Positions 1 through 12,879 are shown, counted from the first letter of the stretch. The stretch: DNA of 63,312 nt from Octopus bimaculoides (GCF_001194135.2 NC_068997.1:13846591-13909902); one strand, 5' to 3'. Numbers and translations: made by a program. Notes: a model not told the origin generated them from the sequence alone.

Positions 1-177
1 GAGAAAGAGGAGGAAACAGTTGGCCACCACAATTTTTATAAACAGAGTAAACATCATGCTGTTGTTGTTGTTATTTAACCTCTGTCAACCCTGATCAACT
101 AGGTGCCTTCTTAAAAGTATGCTAGGAATGATAGGATTCATTTATTGTATATTTTTATTTTTTATTTCTTTAATTTT

Positions 178-289
178 ATTTGTTTCAGTCATTTGACTGC
201 GGCCATGCTGGAGCACCGCCTTTAGTTGAGCAAATTAACTCCCAGGACTTATTCTTTCTAAGCCTAATACTTATTCTATCGGTCTCTCT
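178..289 (-). mobile_element. SINE family A, 3' fragment
   Basis: GTTTCAGTCATTTGACTGCGGCCATGCTGGAGCACCGCCTTTAG...CTTATTCTATCGGTCTCT matches the 3' ends of the copies at 15551, 16871 and 56441. Confidence 0.85.
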
Positions 290-699
290 TGTCACCCATG
301 GTTTATATTATTTCATCTCTGAGAATTCCATTTTTTTCAAAATTCTAGACTGTATTTTCCAATGTATCTTTCATTTAAGATTTTTAGGTTTGTGAGGTAT
401 TTTGCTGCCGTGCTCAGATTTGTATACTAGAAATACCAGTAAAACTTCTCTGAAATTTCACCCAATCATCTTTAAAAAGATCTCCACATGGCTCAGCATT
501 TGTTGTTTTGGGGTGGCTTCTGTGCCTCATTGTCTCCAAGAGTTATGCCAGCAAAGTGAAAGCTCCAGGTACAGACATCTATCCAGGACTGGTCAAAAGA
601 CAGAGCCCAGACTAATATGGATCACCTCTTGCCAGATATGAAAGTGGGCCTGAAGAGAGCCAATAATTCTGCCAAGGAAAAAGCAAAGATATAGGAGCA

Positions 700-983
700 T
701 TCATGGCAATTCAAATCCAACAAGACCAAGGAAACATATGCAGCAGAATCTCGAAGGATGAATAGGCCACAACTTCAGGAAACCAGCATCCTGCATTACA
801 CATCAAGAAAACAGAAATTAGGAATCCCCTAAAATTAGCTTGACCTGCAATATTGAGACTGAGCTGAAAAAGCAGGGGTCAAACTGGAGAGATTCAACCA
901 GAGTCAAGAGCAGCAGAGAAAGGTTATCAATGGCCTATACTCCACAGGGAGCAAAGGGCTTAATGAATGAATGAATGAATGAA
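700..983 (+). mobile_element. RTE-clade LINE 3' end (degenerate ORF C-terminus plus (TGAA)n tail)
   Basis: Manual translation gives G*IGHNFRKPASCITHQ, ETELKKQGSNWRDSTR and INGLYSTGSKGLNE*. These resemble the RTE C-terminus (WIGHTLRKP...ITRQ; GLCSTGSKG) and are followed directly by AATGAATGAATGAATGAA. Confidence 0.7.
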
Positions 984-1030
984 CCTAAATCTATAAGATA
1001 TATCAGAAAATATGATCCTTAGTTAATATG

Positions 1031-1245
1031 ATCCTTTCTACTGGAAGCATAAGGCTTTAGATTTGGGTGAAGGGATTAAGTCGATTACATCAACCCCAGT
1101 GCATAAGTGGTACTTGTTTAATCAACTCTGAAAAGATGAAAGACAAAGTCGACCCTAGTGGAATTTGAACTCAGAACATATCGGCAGATGAAATACTGCT
1201 AAGCATTTTGCCTGGCATGCTAACGGTTCTGCCTGCTTGCCACCT
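1031..1245 (-). mobile_element. SINE family B (tRNA-like head with the CTTTCATCCTTTCGGGGTCGATAAA central motif)
   Basis: Reverse complement matches the cleaner copy at 17238-17455 (GGGATTAAGTCGATTACAT, GGAATTTGAACTCAGAAC, TGCTAAGCATTT). Confidence 0.85.
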
Positions 1246-1277
1246 CATCGTTAGTTAATATAATATTATTTAATATT

Positions 1278-1468
1278 AAAGTGATGAACTGGCAGAATCA
1301 TTAGCTTGCCGGGCAAAATGCTTATTGATATTTTCTCCATTCTTATGTTCTGAGTTCAAATTCTGCCAAGGTCAACTTTGCTTTCATCCTTTTAGGGTCG
1401 ATAAAACAAGTGTCAGTTGAGTCTTGGGGTTGATCCATTCAACTATACCCCTACTCCAAAATTTGCCA
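1278..1468 (+). mobile_element. SINE family B
   Basis: CTGGCAGAATCATTAGC...GTTCTGAGTTCAAATTCTGCCAAGGTCAACTTTGCTTTCATCCTTTTAGGGTCGATAAAA; A-box and B-box-like head. Confidence 0.85.
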
Positions 1469-1948
1469 AAATTTGAAAATAAAATTTGATATTATGATAA
1501 CTCAGTCAGGTCAGAGCTGGAATGCTCTGATCATAGGTCTCCTGTATCAAGATTGACCAAGGGCTAAACAACATCACCAACAACAACAACAACAACATGT
1601 TTGTGTTCATTATGTTGCTAAAATGTCCCTTTGCTGATACGAGTATGATGATAACGACTATGGTGATAACGATAACGGTTATGCTGATTATGATGTTGAT
1701 GATAATGATGAAGATGATGGTCGTTGTGAGAAGGCAGGTAATGACGTTATTGATCATAATGATTATATTAATGGTGGTGATAATGATTGTATCATGGCCA
1801 TTGAATTAGTGCTTGTGATGGCTTAAGGTAGGGATTCGGATGATCAAGGTCATGATGATGAATATGATGTTTTGTGAATCCTTTGATGATAGTCAGAAAG
1901 TTGTTGACAATGATAATAATGAGACGTTATCATAATAATGATGATGAT

Positions 1949-2256
1949 GATGTTATATATATATAAATATATACATACATATGTATGTATGTATATACAT
2001 GCATGTATACACACACACACATATATGTGTATATGTACATATGTATATGCATGTATATTCTATGGATGGATGGATAATGATAATTATTGTGATGATGATG
2101 GTGATGTTATATATATATAAATATATACATACATATGTATGTATGTATATACATGCATGTATACACACATATATATGTGTATATGTACATATGTATATGC
2201 ATATATATTCTATGGATGGATGGATAATGATAATTATTGTGATGATGATGGTGATG
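1949..2256. repeat. Two-copy tandem duplication, unit ~150-154 bp, built from composite microsatellites
   Basis: The unit GATGTTATATATATATAAATATATACATAC...CTATGGATGGATGGATAATGATAATTATTGTGATGATGATGGTGATG starts at 1949 and again at 2103. Confidence 0.9.
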
Positions 2257-2366
2257 CTGCTAATTATTACAGTCTTTACCATCATGATTAGAAAATTTAA
2301 TTGGAGTTTTTAAGTGTCATCTATGTGGGCTTTATGTAAATTTATGGGTATGTACATGAGCATATA

Positions 2367-2400
<34 letters not shown>

Positions 2401-2811
2401 NNNNNNNNNNTACATGCATACCTACATACATACACTCATACATAAATACATACATACATACAAACAGATAGATAGATGGATAGACAGATAGAGAGATATG
2501 TCTACAAGTGTGCATGCGAACATGAACCTGTGTTTATTATTAAGTATGAAGCGGGAACAGGAGAAGTAGGAGGACAAGTTAGAAGTAGCAGGTGTAGGAG
2601 AAGGTGGAGGCAAGGATAAGGTGGAGGCAAGGAGAAGGTGTAGCAGGAGTGAAGAGGAGGGTGAAGGGAGGAGTTGAAAAAAGTCAGCATGCATTGCTCA
2701 GGTCAAGAACAGGAGTGTTTCTTTTTTATATTTTCAAAAATTTCTGTCAATTTAGATCTCATGAAAATGAGTGTGTTAGCTTCCATTTTCTTCTTCTTTC
2801 CACCATCACCT

Positions 2812-2834
2812 TATTATTATTATTATTATTATTA

Positions 2835-2872
<38 letters not shown>
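2812..2872. repeat. (ATT)n microsatellite
   Basis: Directly visible. Confidence 0.95.
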
Positions 2873-2875
<3 letters not shown>

Positions 2876-3373
2876 TATCCAGCATAGTTTGTTGTGGTGA
2901 AGGGGGAGATATTATCACTGCAGTATAAAGACAACACTTAATTGAAATTAATTTCAGCCATCCTTCCAACCCCACTGTTCAACGAAACAAGAAACAACTA
3001 AAGGAATAAGACAAGAATAAAATCTGAAAAAATTGCTCTAATTACAACTTAATCAGGCTATGAAAATTGCTAATTACACAGTTTAAGCAAATATTTGCAA
3101 TGGTAATCATGTATTTCTTGCCAAGGAAATTCAAAATTTGTACTTTATATTTTTGTTTTATCATCATTATTATTAATTTTTTTTAGAGCAGCAATGTTTC
3201 TTTCTCTCTTTCTTTATTTTTTCTTTTTTGTTTCCTTTCACTTTAATTTATTCAATTATTTACTTATTTAATTATCAATATTATTATCATTATCATCATA
3301 AAATGTTATTAGTATTATTATTAAATAAAAATATTTGTAAACAATATCTTTTTAACGTTTTATTATTATTATT

Positions 3374-3432
<59 letters not shown>
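3374..3432. repeat. (ATC)n microsatellite
   Basis: Directly visible; explains the poly-Ser ORF at 3228-3464. Confidence 0.95.
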
Positions 3433-3435
<3 letters not shown>

Positions 3436-4239
3436 CTTCATCATCATTATTATTCATAAATTAAAATCTAAAGAAAAATTATCACGGATATTAACAAAAA
3501 TATATAAATAAATGATAATTTCTTTAAAAAAAGGAATTAATTATTTTTGTTGTTATTGTTTCTTATTTGTTATTATATTCATAGACTTAAAATATTGCTA
3601 ATATATTCACTACTTAATATTCGTAATATATTCTTGTATTTGTATTTCAAGATAACAAAATAAGTTCAATATTTATTGAAAACAAAAAACAAATTCTTGT
3701 AAAAATATATACTGTATACACTTGATTTATTGGTAGTGTATAATAAAAAAATAAAAATTGTTATATAGACAAATTGAACAAGCTATGATGAAGATATAAG
3801 ATTATGTGGTAGTCATTCATTTCTCAAAATTTAAATACTGGAATTCAAAGAGATTATAATGGTAAATCAAATATATATTTTGAATTAATTAACTGCTAAT
3901 ATTTTTATCGTTAATATCAGAGAGATAACTAATTTGAGATTGAAAAGTAAAAGAGTGGATTTGTTTCTATTTTATTCCTCAAATTACACCTTATAATGTC
4001 TAAAATATATATTTTCTTGTCATGAAAATAAAGATATATAGGTATGAGATGTTATGCAGTGGATTAGCAGACACATAGGAGCATCTAACAAAATGGCTTG
4101 TGGTATTACTTCGAGTTCTTTAGAGTATGAGTTCAAATCCTTCTAGGGTTGATAAAGAAAGTACCACTTCAGTGGTACTGACCTGACCTTTCTTTTCAAA
4201 AATTGGCCTTGTGCCAAAATTTGAAACTAATGGTATCAT

Positions 4240-4735
4240 TATCAAGGGAGAGAGAGCAGTGCATGCCATCCAAGTGACACTGGGGTACAAATATACAAAG
4301 CCCAATATACCCGTCATGACTACCCATCTGATAAGGGTACACCAGGTACATGCATCACAACTGTATGTGCATGACATGGTGACATCATAGCAAGACAAAA
4401 AGTGCATGACCTTGCAAGAGGAGCCCAGACAGAATTTTCTTCAGGTCGGGAGGCCCATCCTGTTCAAAAGGTCCTTGAAGAAGGGCTGTTTAAGGATGTT
4501 GAACAAAACATCCATGTTGGCAGAGGTAAATTATTCAAATTGTAAAAATTCCTCTCAACACATTGCTATGATACTCCCCCACTACTTCTACTTGTGATCA
4601 GAAGTGCACATATCATAAGCCCCTAAGGGACATTCTCAACTGGTTAAGGACAAGCGACCAACAAGCAAACCAGTGGTATTGAGCAGAATATTTGCTGTAG
4701 CCCGTCTTTTATACTGAGACAAAACATATACATGA
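4240..4735. mobile_element. Unclassified interspersed repeat (octopus-type)
   Basis: GC-richer block containing AAAAGGTCCTTGAAGAAGGGCTGTTTAAGGATGTTG...GGTATTGAGCAGAATATTTGCTGTAGCCC, recalled as a recurrent octopus repeat. It is single-copy in this window, so there is no internal confirmation. Confidence 0.35.
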
Positions 4736-4850
4736 TATCACTACCATTCACTTAAAATCAGAAGTATTATTATTATTATTATTATTATTATCATCATCAT
4801 CATCATCATTATCATTAAGGTGGTGAAGGTGGTGGGCTGGCAGAAGCTTT

Positions 4851-4980
4851 GTTTCAGTCATTGGGCTGCGGCCATGCTGGGGCACCACCGTGAATGTTTT
4901 CCTCTAACAAATTGGTCACAGTATTCATATTTAAGCCTGGTACCGTTGGTCTCTTTTGCCATGTTATGGGGACAAAAGCA
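4851..4980 (-). mobile_element. SINE family A, 3' fragment
   Basis: GTTTCAGTCATTGGGCTGCGGCCATGCTGGGGCACCACC...GGTCTCTTTTGCC. Confidence 0.75.
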
Positions 4981-5041
4981 AACTGAAATTTGACAAACTA
5001 GTTGTCAAGTATGCGTGACAAACACAAATACAAATACATAC

Positions 5042-5092
<51 letters not shown>

Positions 5093-5898
5093 NNNNNNNN
5101 NNNNNNNNNNNNNNNNNNNNNNNNNNNNNNNNNNNNNNNNNNNNNNNNNNNNNNNNNNNNNNNNNNNNNNNNNNNNNNNNNNNNNNNNNNNNNNNNNNNN
5201 NNNNNNNNNNNNNNNNNNNNNNNNNNNNNNNNNNNNNNNNNNNNNNNNNNNNNNNNNNNNNNNNNNNNNNNNNNNNNNNNNNNNNNNNNNNNNNNNNNNN
5301 NNNNNNNNNNNNNNNNNNNNNNNNNNNNNNNNNNNNNNNNNNNNNNNNNNNNNNNNNNNNNNNNNNNNNNNNNNNNNNNNNNNNNNNNNNNNNNNNNNNN
5401 NNNNNNNNNNNNNNNNNNNNNNNNNNNNNNNNNNNNNNNNNNNNNNNNNNNNNNNNNNNNNNNNNNNNNNNNNNNNNNNNNNNNNNNNNNNNNNNNNNNN
5501 NNNNNNNNNNNNNNNNNNNNNNNNNNNNNNNNNNNNNNNNNNNNNNNNNNNNNNNNNNNNNNNNNNNNNNNNNNNNNNNNNNNNNNNNNNNNNNNNNNNN
5601 NNNNNNNNNNNNNNNNNNNNNNNNNNNNNNNNNNNNNNNNNNNNNNNNNNNNNNNNNNNNNNNNNNNNNNNNNNNNNNNNNNNNNNNNNNNNNNNNNNNN
5701 NNNNNNNNNNNNNNNNNNNNNNNNNNNNNNNNNNNNNNNNNNNNNNNNNNNNNNNNNNNNNNNNNNNNNNNNNNNNNNNNNNNNNNNNNNNNNNNNNNNN
5801 NNNNNNNNNNNNNNNNNNNNNNNNNNNNNNNNNNNNNNNNNNNNNNNNNNNNNNNNNNNNNNNNNNNNNNNNNNNNNNNNNNNNNNNNNNNNNNNNNN

Positions 5899-5966
<68 letters not shown>

Positions 5967-5969
<3 letters not shown>

Positions 5970-6381
5970 TTTACTTGTTTTAGTCATTAAACTGATTAGA
6001 CAGTGGCCATGCTGGAGCACTGCTTTGAAGAACTTTCAGTTGAATGAATTGACCCCAGTACTTAATTTTGTTAAGCCTAGCACTAATTTTATCGATCACT
6101 TTTGCTGAACCACCAAGTTACAGGGATGTAAACAAGCCATCGCCAGTTGTCAAGTGGTGGTTGGGGTACAAACACACACAAATACACATACACACACACA
6201 CACACACATATACATGTATATATACGATGAGCTTCTTTCAGTTTCTGTTTACCAAATCCACAAGGCCTTGGGCAGCCTGAGGCTGTAGTAGAAGACACTT
6301 GTCCAAGTTGCCACGTAGTGGGACTGAGCCCAGAACCATGTGGTTGGGAAGCAAACTTCCTACCACACAGCCATGACTGCA
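5967..6381 (-). mobile_element. SINE family A, near full length, with internal (CA)/(TA) microsatellite
   Basis: Tail TCTTTTACTTGTTTTAGTCA, centre CAAATCCACAAGGCCTTGG...GTAGAAGACACTTGTCCAAG, head GGACTGAGCCCAGAACCATGTGGTTGG...TACCACACAGCC. Confidence 0.9.
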
Positions 6382-7192
6382 CATATTAAAAAAAATATGG
6401 TCAACCTAACCTAGGTTTAAACAATTACATTAATGCTTCAGAACATGTAAAGAGTTTGCATTTGTCAGATGCAATGAGAAACAAATTGACGAAAGCAACT
6501 CCATCACCTCCATTTTAAAGTGAATTATTTATTGAGTTCCCAGTTATATTTTTATATCTTTTTTTTCTAATTATTTGGTGATTGCATTTGCCTAATCTGT
6601 GTAATTAGCTATTTTTCATAGCCTGATTAAATTGTAATTAGAAGAATTTTTTTTAATATTTTCTAAAATCTTTTCTGGTTCATGTAAGGCTAAAATAAAT
6701 AGAGCATGTAGTCTCTATTTAGGGAGTCCTTTACAATACATTATGAATATTGAATTACTGAATATATTAAAAATATTTTAGAATCTGCATTTAATTATTT
6801 AAAAAACTTTTTTTATCTTAGTACAAATTTATTAACTTATAATATAGAAGATTAGCAAGTTGATTGAAATCATCTTCAATATATTATTTGTTATTTTACA
6901 AGCCATGGGGAAATGATAGCAAAGTTATGGTCAACCCTGCTAAGATTTGAAATCAGAACATAAAGATCGCTAACTACTCCGGAGCAATTTTCTGGTGCTC
7001 TATTAATTTTGCTCTGTTATCATCAGTAATGAACTTAACAATGTTCTAATAAGATCAATAATATTAATAATAAGGCTTATAATAATAATAGTAATATTTA
7101 TTATTATTATTGTTATCATTATTATAACTACATTTTTATCATTCTAAATTAAAAAATTACGTTTTGATAATGAGGATGATAAAACTGATAAT

Positions 7193-7233
<41 letters not shown>

Positions 7234-7522
7234 CACACTAATAATACTACGACTAAAAATGGTAATATTAATATTAGAGTTTATAATTAATGAATTAAAT
7301 AAAAATATAAAGAAATGACATATTAAATTTTAAAAATGAGTAAAATATTCCAGTTTGAACAAACAAAAGTAGAAAATTTTGAGTTTCCTTGGCAAGAATT
7401 TTAAGATTAGCATTGCAAATATTTCCTTAACCTGCGTAATTAGCTATTTCATAGCCTAATTAAGATGTAATTATACAATTTTTTCACAGTTGTGTTCCCT
7501 TTTATTATTACTATCATTTATT

Positions 7523-7553
<31 letters not shown>

Positions 7554-8187
7554 TTATCAACATCATCATTGTAATTATTATTGCTAATTTGTTGTTTTCA
7601 GTTTTGTTATATCATATCTACAAATCTCTCTAACATCAGCTTTCTATAATTTTAGATTAAGAAGGATTAAGTTATAAAGCTTGAAAAAAAAATTAAATTA
7701 TCAAGAATCCATGGGAAGAGGAAATCTGTGAAGGTCTACAATAGTAAATCTTAGTAAATAAAATACATGAAAATTAAATATGGTCTTACAACATGTGGGA
7801 ATTAGTGTGGTGTTTGGAAGTTCATGTGCTGAAGAAAGGAACCGGCTTCCTGAAATTTCAGAATTTTCCTTTGCTCACAGTAGAACTAACATAAGTTCAT
7901 ATGCTATGTGTAAGTTCTTGTACTGAAGAAGGTCTGTGTTTCTTGTAATGTCATAACCTCTTCACAGCAACTAAAGAAACATCAGAATTTGCATCTCTTC
8001 ATGGTATATTGACTTAAGGTTTACGAGACTTAAGGTTATGTGGAAGCTCATGTACTAAAGAAAAGCCCTGGTTCTTGAAACCCCAGAGCTCATCTTTGCA
8101 CTCAGCACATTAACTGAATAACAAACAAAGGAAGAGTTATCAATGTTGGTCAATCTCATTCATTGAAATCACACTTCACCAGCTATA

Positions 8188-8226
<39 letters not shown>

Positions 8227-10205
8227 AAGACAAAAAAACCTGACTAAACATGTTTGATAATGTAGTCCTAGATACACTGTTCATAAGAAAGATCGATAAG
8301 GTCCTGGTTGAAGTATTTTTTTCATAATAACTGCAGAATCAAAGTTGATATTCAGGCTTAACAAGCACAAAACCGAAACCAACTCATATATGGTACATTC
8401 ATAGAAGCATGAATGAAAATATTACAAGTTTCTGATTAAGCTTTGATCAAAGTTGTTCTAGCAGGAAAATATTGTGTCAACTTTAAGGAAGTATTGTATA
8501 CATTCTGGATCTTTGCATTGCACTGGCTGAGCAAAATGGTGATATATATATATACATTCCTTGTAAAAAAATACATCATCAAACACTGTACTTCTGAAGA
8601 CCAATGAAATAAAGGAAATCCCTCACAAAATATGTCTGGAATTTGGTTAACTACACCATGGCAAATTGTTTCTTCTTGCACCTTTTTATTAGCCATATCA
8701 TCACAACAAACCAGAGACAGTTGCAATTACATAAACTTTGCAGTGAGTTTGTCAGCTTACCACCAAATAAAAATAATTTGTTTTTCCCTTTCGGCTCTGG
8801 TCTTTAAATACCTGTGTTTTCCTATTCTAACCTTTATCAATCAACTGCCTCATCCAAAGACCACCCCTATCTTCCAATCATTTGCACAATTAAGAAGTAC
8901 TGGCTTTAGGTTCCCTTTTCTTGTCCTTCTACATGATTTCTGACCCCTTGGTTATGAAAAACAATTTGATGGTACTACACTGTTTTGTTTTTACATGTGC
9001 CATTGAAAAAAAAAAATGCTCAGTACTTGGCTGTGCAACCAGCATATCCTTCAAAGGAAAAATTGCACATAATTAGTAAAATATGTCAATGATGCATTAC
9101 CAACATACTTATACTCATCTCCAAGTGTTCTATGAAACTTGGCTTGGCATGGAAGTACATTGAAAACTGATGATATTTAGTACCAATTCTAAAGACACCC
9201 TGTTGACTTCTACAATATCCATACATGCAGTTTTACTGGTTTTGCAGATTTTCAGTTTGCTTTCCACCTCAAGTAGATGATTTAACTGTTCATGCTATTT
9301 CAGTAACCCCTGATGTAATCCTAATGGATTATGCTTCAACCACCTTTTTTAGTTTAAACTTTGGCTCTTCTATCTTGAGAATGTTGCTCACAGTTCTTTA
9401 TCTTTAGGTCTTGCACTAATAATGAATCATAAAGATTGTGGGTTCTACTGAATCGTATTGTGGTATAATGTGACTGAGGCTCAAGCTAACTTAATCCCTC
9501 TCACCAGAGGTTTTAAAGATTGACGGAGTTTTGAAACTTTTCCTTAAAGAACATGCTGGCTGCACACACACAACAAACTGCCAATGGTGTTAAACATGAG
9601 GCAAGGCCAGGTCAGGGACAAAGTGCACTTTTCCACCCCTTTTACATTCTTTACTGGGGTTTAATGCATTTAGAGTAGCCATATATATCTATGCGGGTAT
9701 GTGTTGTGAGTGTGTGTGTGTATGTACATTCGTTCTCAGTACACATGCAGACACTTACAAAAATATAAATAGACATACACACACATATCGATGTAAATCT
9801 TTACAAACGAATACATATGTATAAAGCTGATATAAAAGTGTGATATTCAGGACATACATTTACAAACACAAACATACATACACACAGATGTATGCTAAAA
9901 GATAATTAAGTGTAATGGCAGAGAGAAGAAACTGTAAGACATAAAAAAAAAAACTGAAATGAGGCAGGTGCACAAAAGTTAAAGGTATCGTTACATAACA
10001 ATGAATACATAAGCACAAATCAGGAAAAAGAAACACACACATACATATGTATGTTTAAAGGTCATTGGGTGTAGAGCAAGAAGAGATATGAAAACATATA
10101 AGTAGTGAGAGTTAAAGCAAAATGGAAAACTGTAGTCTCACACAACTATATACTATGTGTGAAAGAATGATCAAGGTAGATCATATATATTTGTAGAGAT
10201 AAAAT

Positions 10206-10925
10206 AAGAAGTGGCTCTGTGGTAAGTAGCTTGCTTACCAGCCACATGGTCTGGGTTCAGTCCCACTGCATGGCACCTTGGGAAAAGTGTCTTCTACTAT
10301 AGTCTCAGGCCGACCAAAGCCTTGTGAGTAGATTTTGTAGATGGAAACCGGAAGAAGCCTTTCGTATATATATATATATATNNNNNNNNNNNNNNNNNNN
10401 NNNNNNNNNNNNNNNNNNNNNNNNNNNNNNNNNNNNNNNNNNNNNNNNNNNNNNNNNNNNNNNNNNNNNNNNNNNNNNNNNNNNNNNNNNNNNNNNNNNN
10501 NNNNNNNNNNNNNATAGAAAATCCAGCTCCCAAAAAGTCTCATGATAGCAAAAGAGAATGGGCACCAGCCAGCCCAAAGGATGGGGTGGACTTCACCTGC
10601 CTACATCGGTAGGCATTGAGGTAGATCCAGCCACCCCCGCTAACAGGGACAAAACCTGGATTTAAAACACTGGATGATAATGATGATGATGATGATGATG
10701 ATGATGATGTGTATATATCTGTGTCTGTGTTTGTCCCCCCAACATCGCTTGACAACCGATGCTGGTTTGTTTACGTCCCCATAACTTAGCTGGTTGGCAA
10801 AATAGACCGAAAGAATGAGTACTAGGCTCACAAAGAATAAGTCCCAGGGTCGATTTGTTCGACTAAAGGCGGTGCTCCAGCATGGCTGCAGTCAAATGAC
10901 TGAAACAAATAAAAGAATGAAAAGA
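10206..10925 (+). mobile_element. SINE family A, interrupted by an N-gap and a LINE-like tail
   Basis: Head GTGGCTCTGTGGTAAGTAGCTTGCTTACC at ~10211; tail GGCGGTGCTCCAGCATGGCTGCAGTCAAATGACTGAAACAA at ~10868-10908. Confidence 0.9.
10514..10710 (+). mobile_element. Probable non-LTR retroposon 3' end with (GAT)n tail
   Basis: GC-rich unique segment ending GGATTTAAAACACTGGATGATAATGATGATG..., the architecture of RTE-type 3' ends. It lies inside the SINE at 10206-10925. Confidence 0.45.
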
Positions 10926-11614
10926 ATATATTAGCAGGAAATTGCATGAAGCTCAAGGGAGTTAGCGAGTAACTGATTTAAGAAATGAACTGTTAAGAAT
11001 GAGACATGGAGAACGATTTATGCTTAGCCAGATCCCCGTATCACCATGCATTATATGTTTATGTATGTGCATGTGTGTGTGTGTGTGTGTGTGAGTGTAT
11101 CTTGATATAAATACATATACATATAGATATCAAGTGAATACGAAATTATAAATTGTGAATCATATTCTGACCAAGGAAGGTAACTTGGCAGTGTCATGAA
11201 AGTTTAGATTTCCCTAAGTATAAATAAAGTAAGCCTAAAGAAGTCTAACCTTGAATTTTCTTACTTATGAACACTTATCAAACAATTTTACATATATAAA
11301 ATATATAATATATTGAATTAAATTCCACTGCCTCACCTGAAGCTATCCCTATCTTTCCTCATTAAAAATTATGCAATCTTCAAGTTATTTCATGAGGAAA
11401 ATCAAAGCAAACAAGCCCCTTTTATCCTGAATAATCACTTATTTTGACCAGTTACATTTGTCGTGATTTTTCTGGAAAGTGCTCTTATCTTTTTATAGTC
11501 TCATGTTTCAAAGCTTTATTTTAGCATGACACTCAAAGGATAAATGTATTATCTTTAGTGGACTTTATCATTATGTATATCTATATAAAGCATGCATAAT
11601 GATAGATATTTTTA

Positions 11615-11663
<49 letters not shown>

Positions 11664-12249
11664 ATGTCTTTATATATATGTACACATACATATGTATGGA
11701 TGTATATATCTATGTGCACACTCATACACTCACACACACACACAGACATATATGCACTCATACACACACACTCTCTCATATATGTACACACAATTCTGAC
11801 AAACAAAGCCACCACACTGCCAATATCTATTTCGTGAGAACAGTCTATAATTAGCTCTCATAATGAAGATGTGTAATTAGGATTCTCCTTCTTTGCGTGT
11901 CGTTGATACAACTATGCAGGCATTGCTAGTAATGGGTTGAGGGTTTGGTGAAAGGATGGGCGGGAATTAAAGCCTGTCTCTTTTATAGAAAAACGACATC
12001 AACAGACATTTAAAACAGAAGCAGCTATATCAGTGACAGTAGAAGTAACTGAAGACCAGTAACTACAACAACGTTGATGGCACAAATGACAACAATAGTA
12101 ATAATGATACAACTTTGGTGACAACAATAACATGTATAGAGATATAGCAACAATCAAAAACAAGATAAACTTCACTAGCCATAACAATACTACAAGTAGT
12201 AATGACACCAGTAGCATTAACATTAACAGCACTAGCCAATTAAAGAGCC

Positions 12250-12778
12250 TATATATGGTCATCTGATTTGCCTGAAATAGCAGCCAAATCTTCCTTAGAT
12301 TACACCCTACCATTTCAGAAATTAATTCATTGGATAATGTGGTCTTGGGTATGTTACAGAAGGGGCGTGGCTTAGTGGTTAGGGTATTCAGCTCATGGTT
12401 ATAAGGTTATGAGTTTAATTCCTGGTGTACATTGTATCCTTGAGCAAGATACTTCATTTCACATTGCTCCAGTCCACTCAACAGGCGAAAATAAATAGTA
12501 CCCGTAGTTGAAAAGTGCCAGCCTTATCACACTGTGTGTTATGTTGAACCTCCTTGAGAACTACATTAAGGGTACGCGTGTCTGTGGAGTGCTCAGCCAC
12601 TTGCATGCTAATTTCATGAGCAGGCTGTTCCAATGACCGGAGCAACTGGAAGTCTCATTGACAGAATACCTGTTCAGGTATGTTACATGTGGGGAAATAG
12701 ATAACATTTGCCATGGCTGAAAATCCTTTGATCACATAGGTTTGCTAGATTAGGGTTGATCTGGGACTAAACGACAAG
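12250..12778 (+). mobile_element. Repeat family D, split by a family C insertion
   Basis: ATGGTCATCTGATTTGCCTGAAATAGCAGCCAAATCT...GGATAATGTGGTC then, after the insertion, CCTTTGATCACATAGGTTTGCTAGATTAGGGTTGATCTGGGACTAAACGACAA. Homologous to 41178-41620, 8165-8310 and 25900-26010. Confidence 0.65.
12359..12676 (+). mobile_element. SINE family C (tRNA head plus TCCTTGAGCAAGAYACTT motif) with 11-bp TSD
   Basis: GGCGTGGCTTAGTGGTTAGGG head and GTATCCTTGAGCAAGATACTT motif; flanked by GGTATGTTACA at 12348-12358 and 12677-12687. Confidence 0.85.
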
Positions 12779-12879
12779 GGTGGCAGCACAAGCTAATCAA
12801 GGAGCCTCTATATAGTCATTCAATACAAGAAACCACAGTTTCTGAAATCACACCCAGGCCATCTTAAAAATTTGTAATG

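Noticed and set aside
4964-6108. Long ORFs of 200-470 aa here and at 13.7-14.9, 23.6-24.2, 29.0-31.6, 33.3-35.6, 44.0-44.7 and 60.3-61.2 kb
   Set aside because: They consist of N-gap X residues and (TA)n-derived YIYI repeats.
8189-8225. 37-nt poly(A) as a processed-pseudogene tail
   Set aside because: It sits inside a family D copy (GAAATCACAC... before, GATAATGTAGTCCTAGATACAC after) at the position of that family's internal A-tract. There is no upstream ORF.
8436-9410. ORFs of 60-103 aa in non-repetitive sequence
   Set aside because: No recognisable domain or splice framework, and these lengths are expected by chance; possibly old transposon debris.
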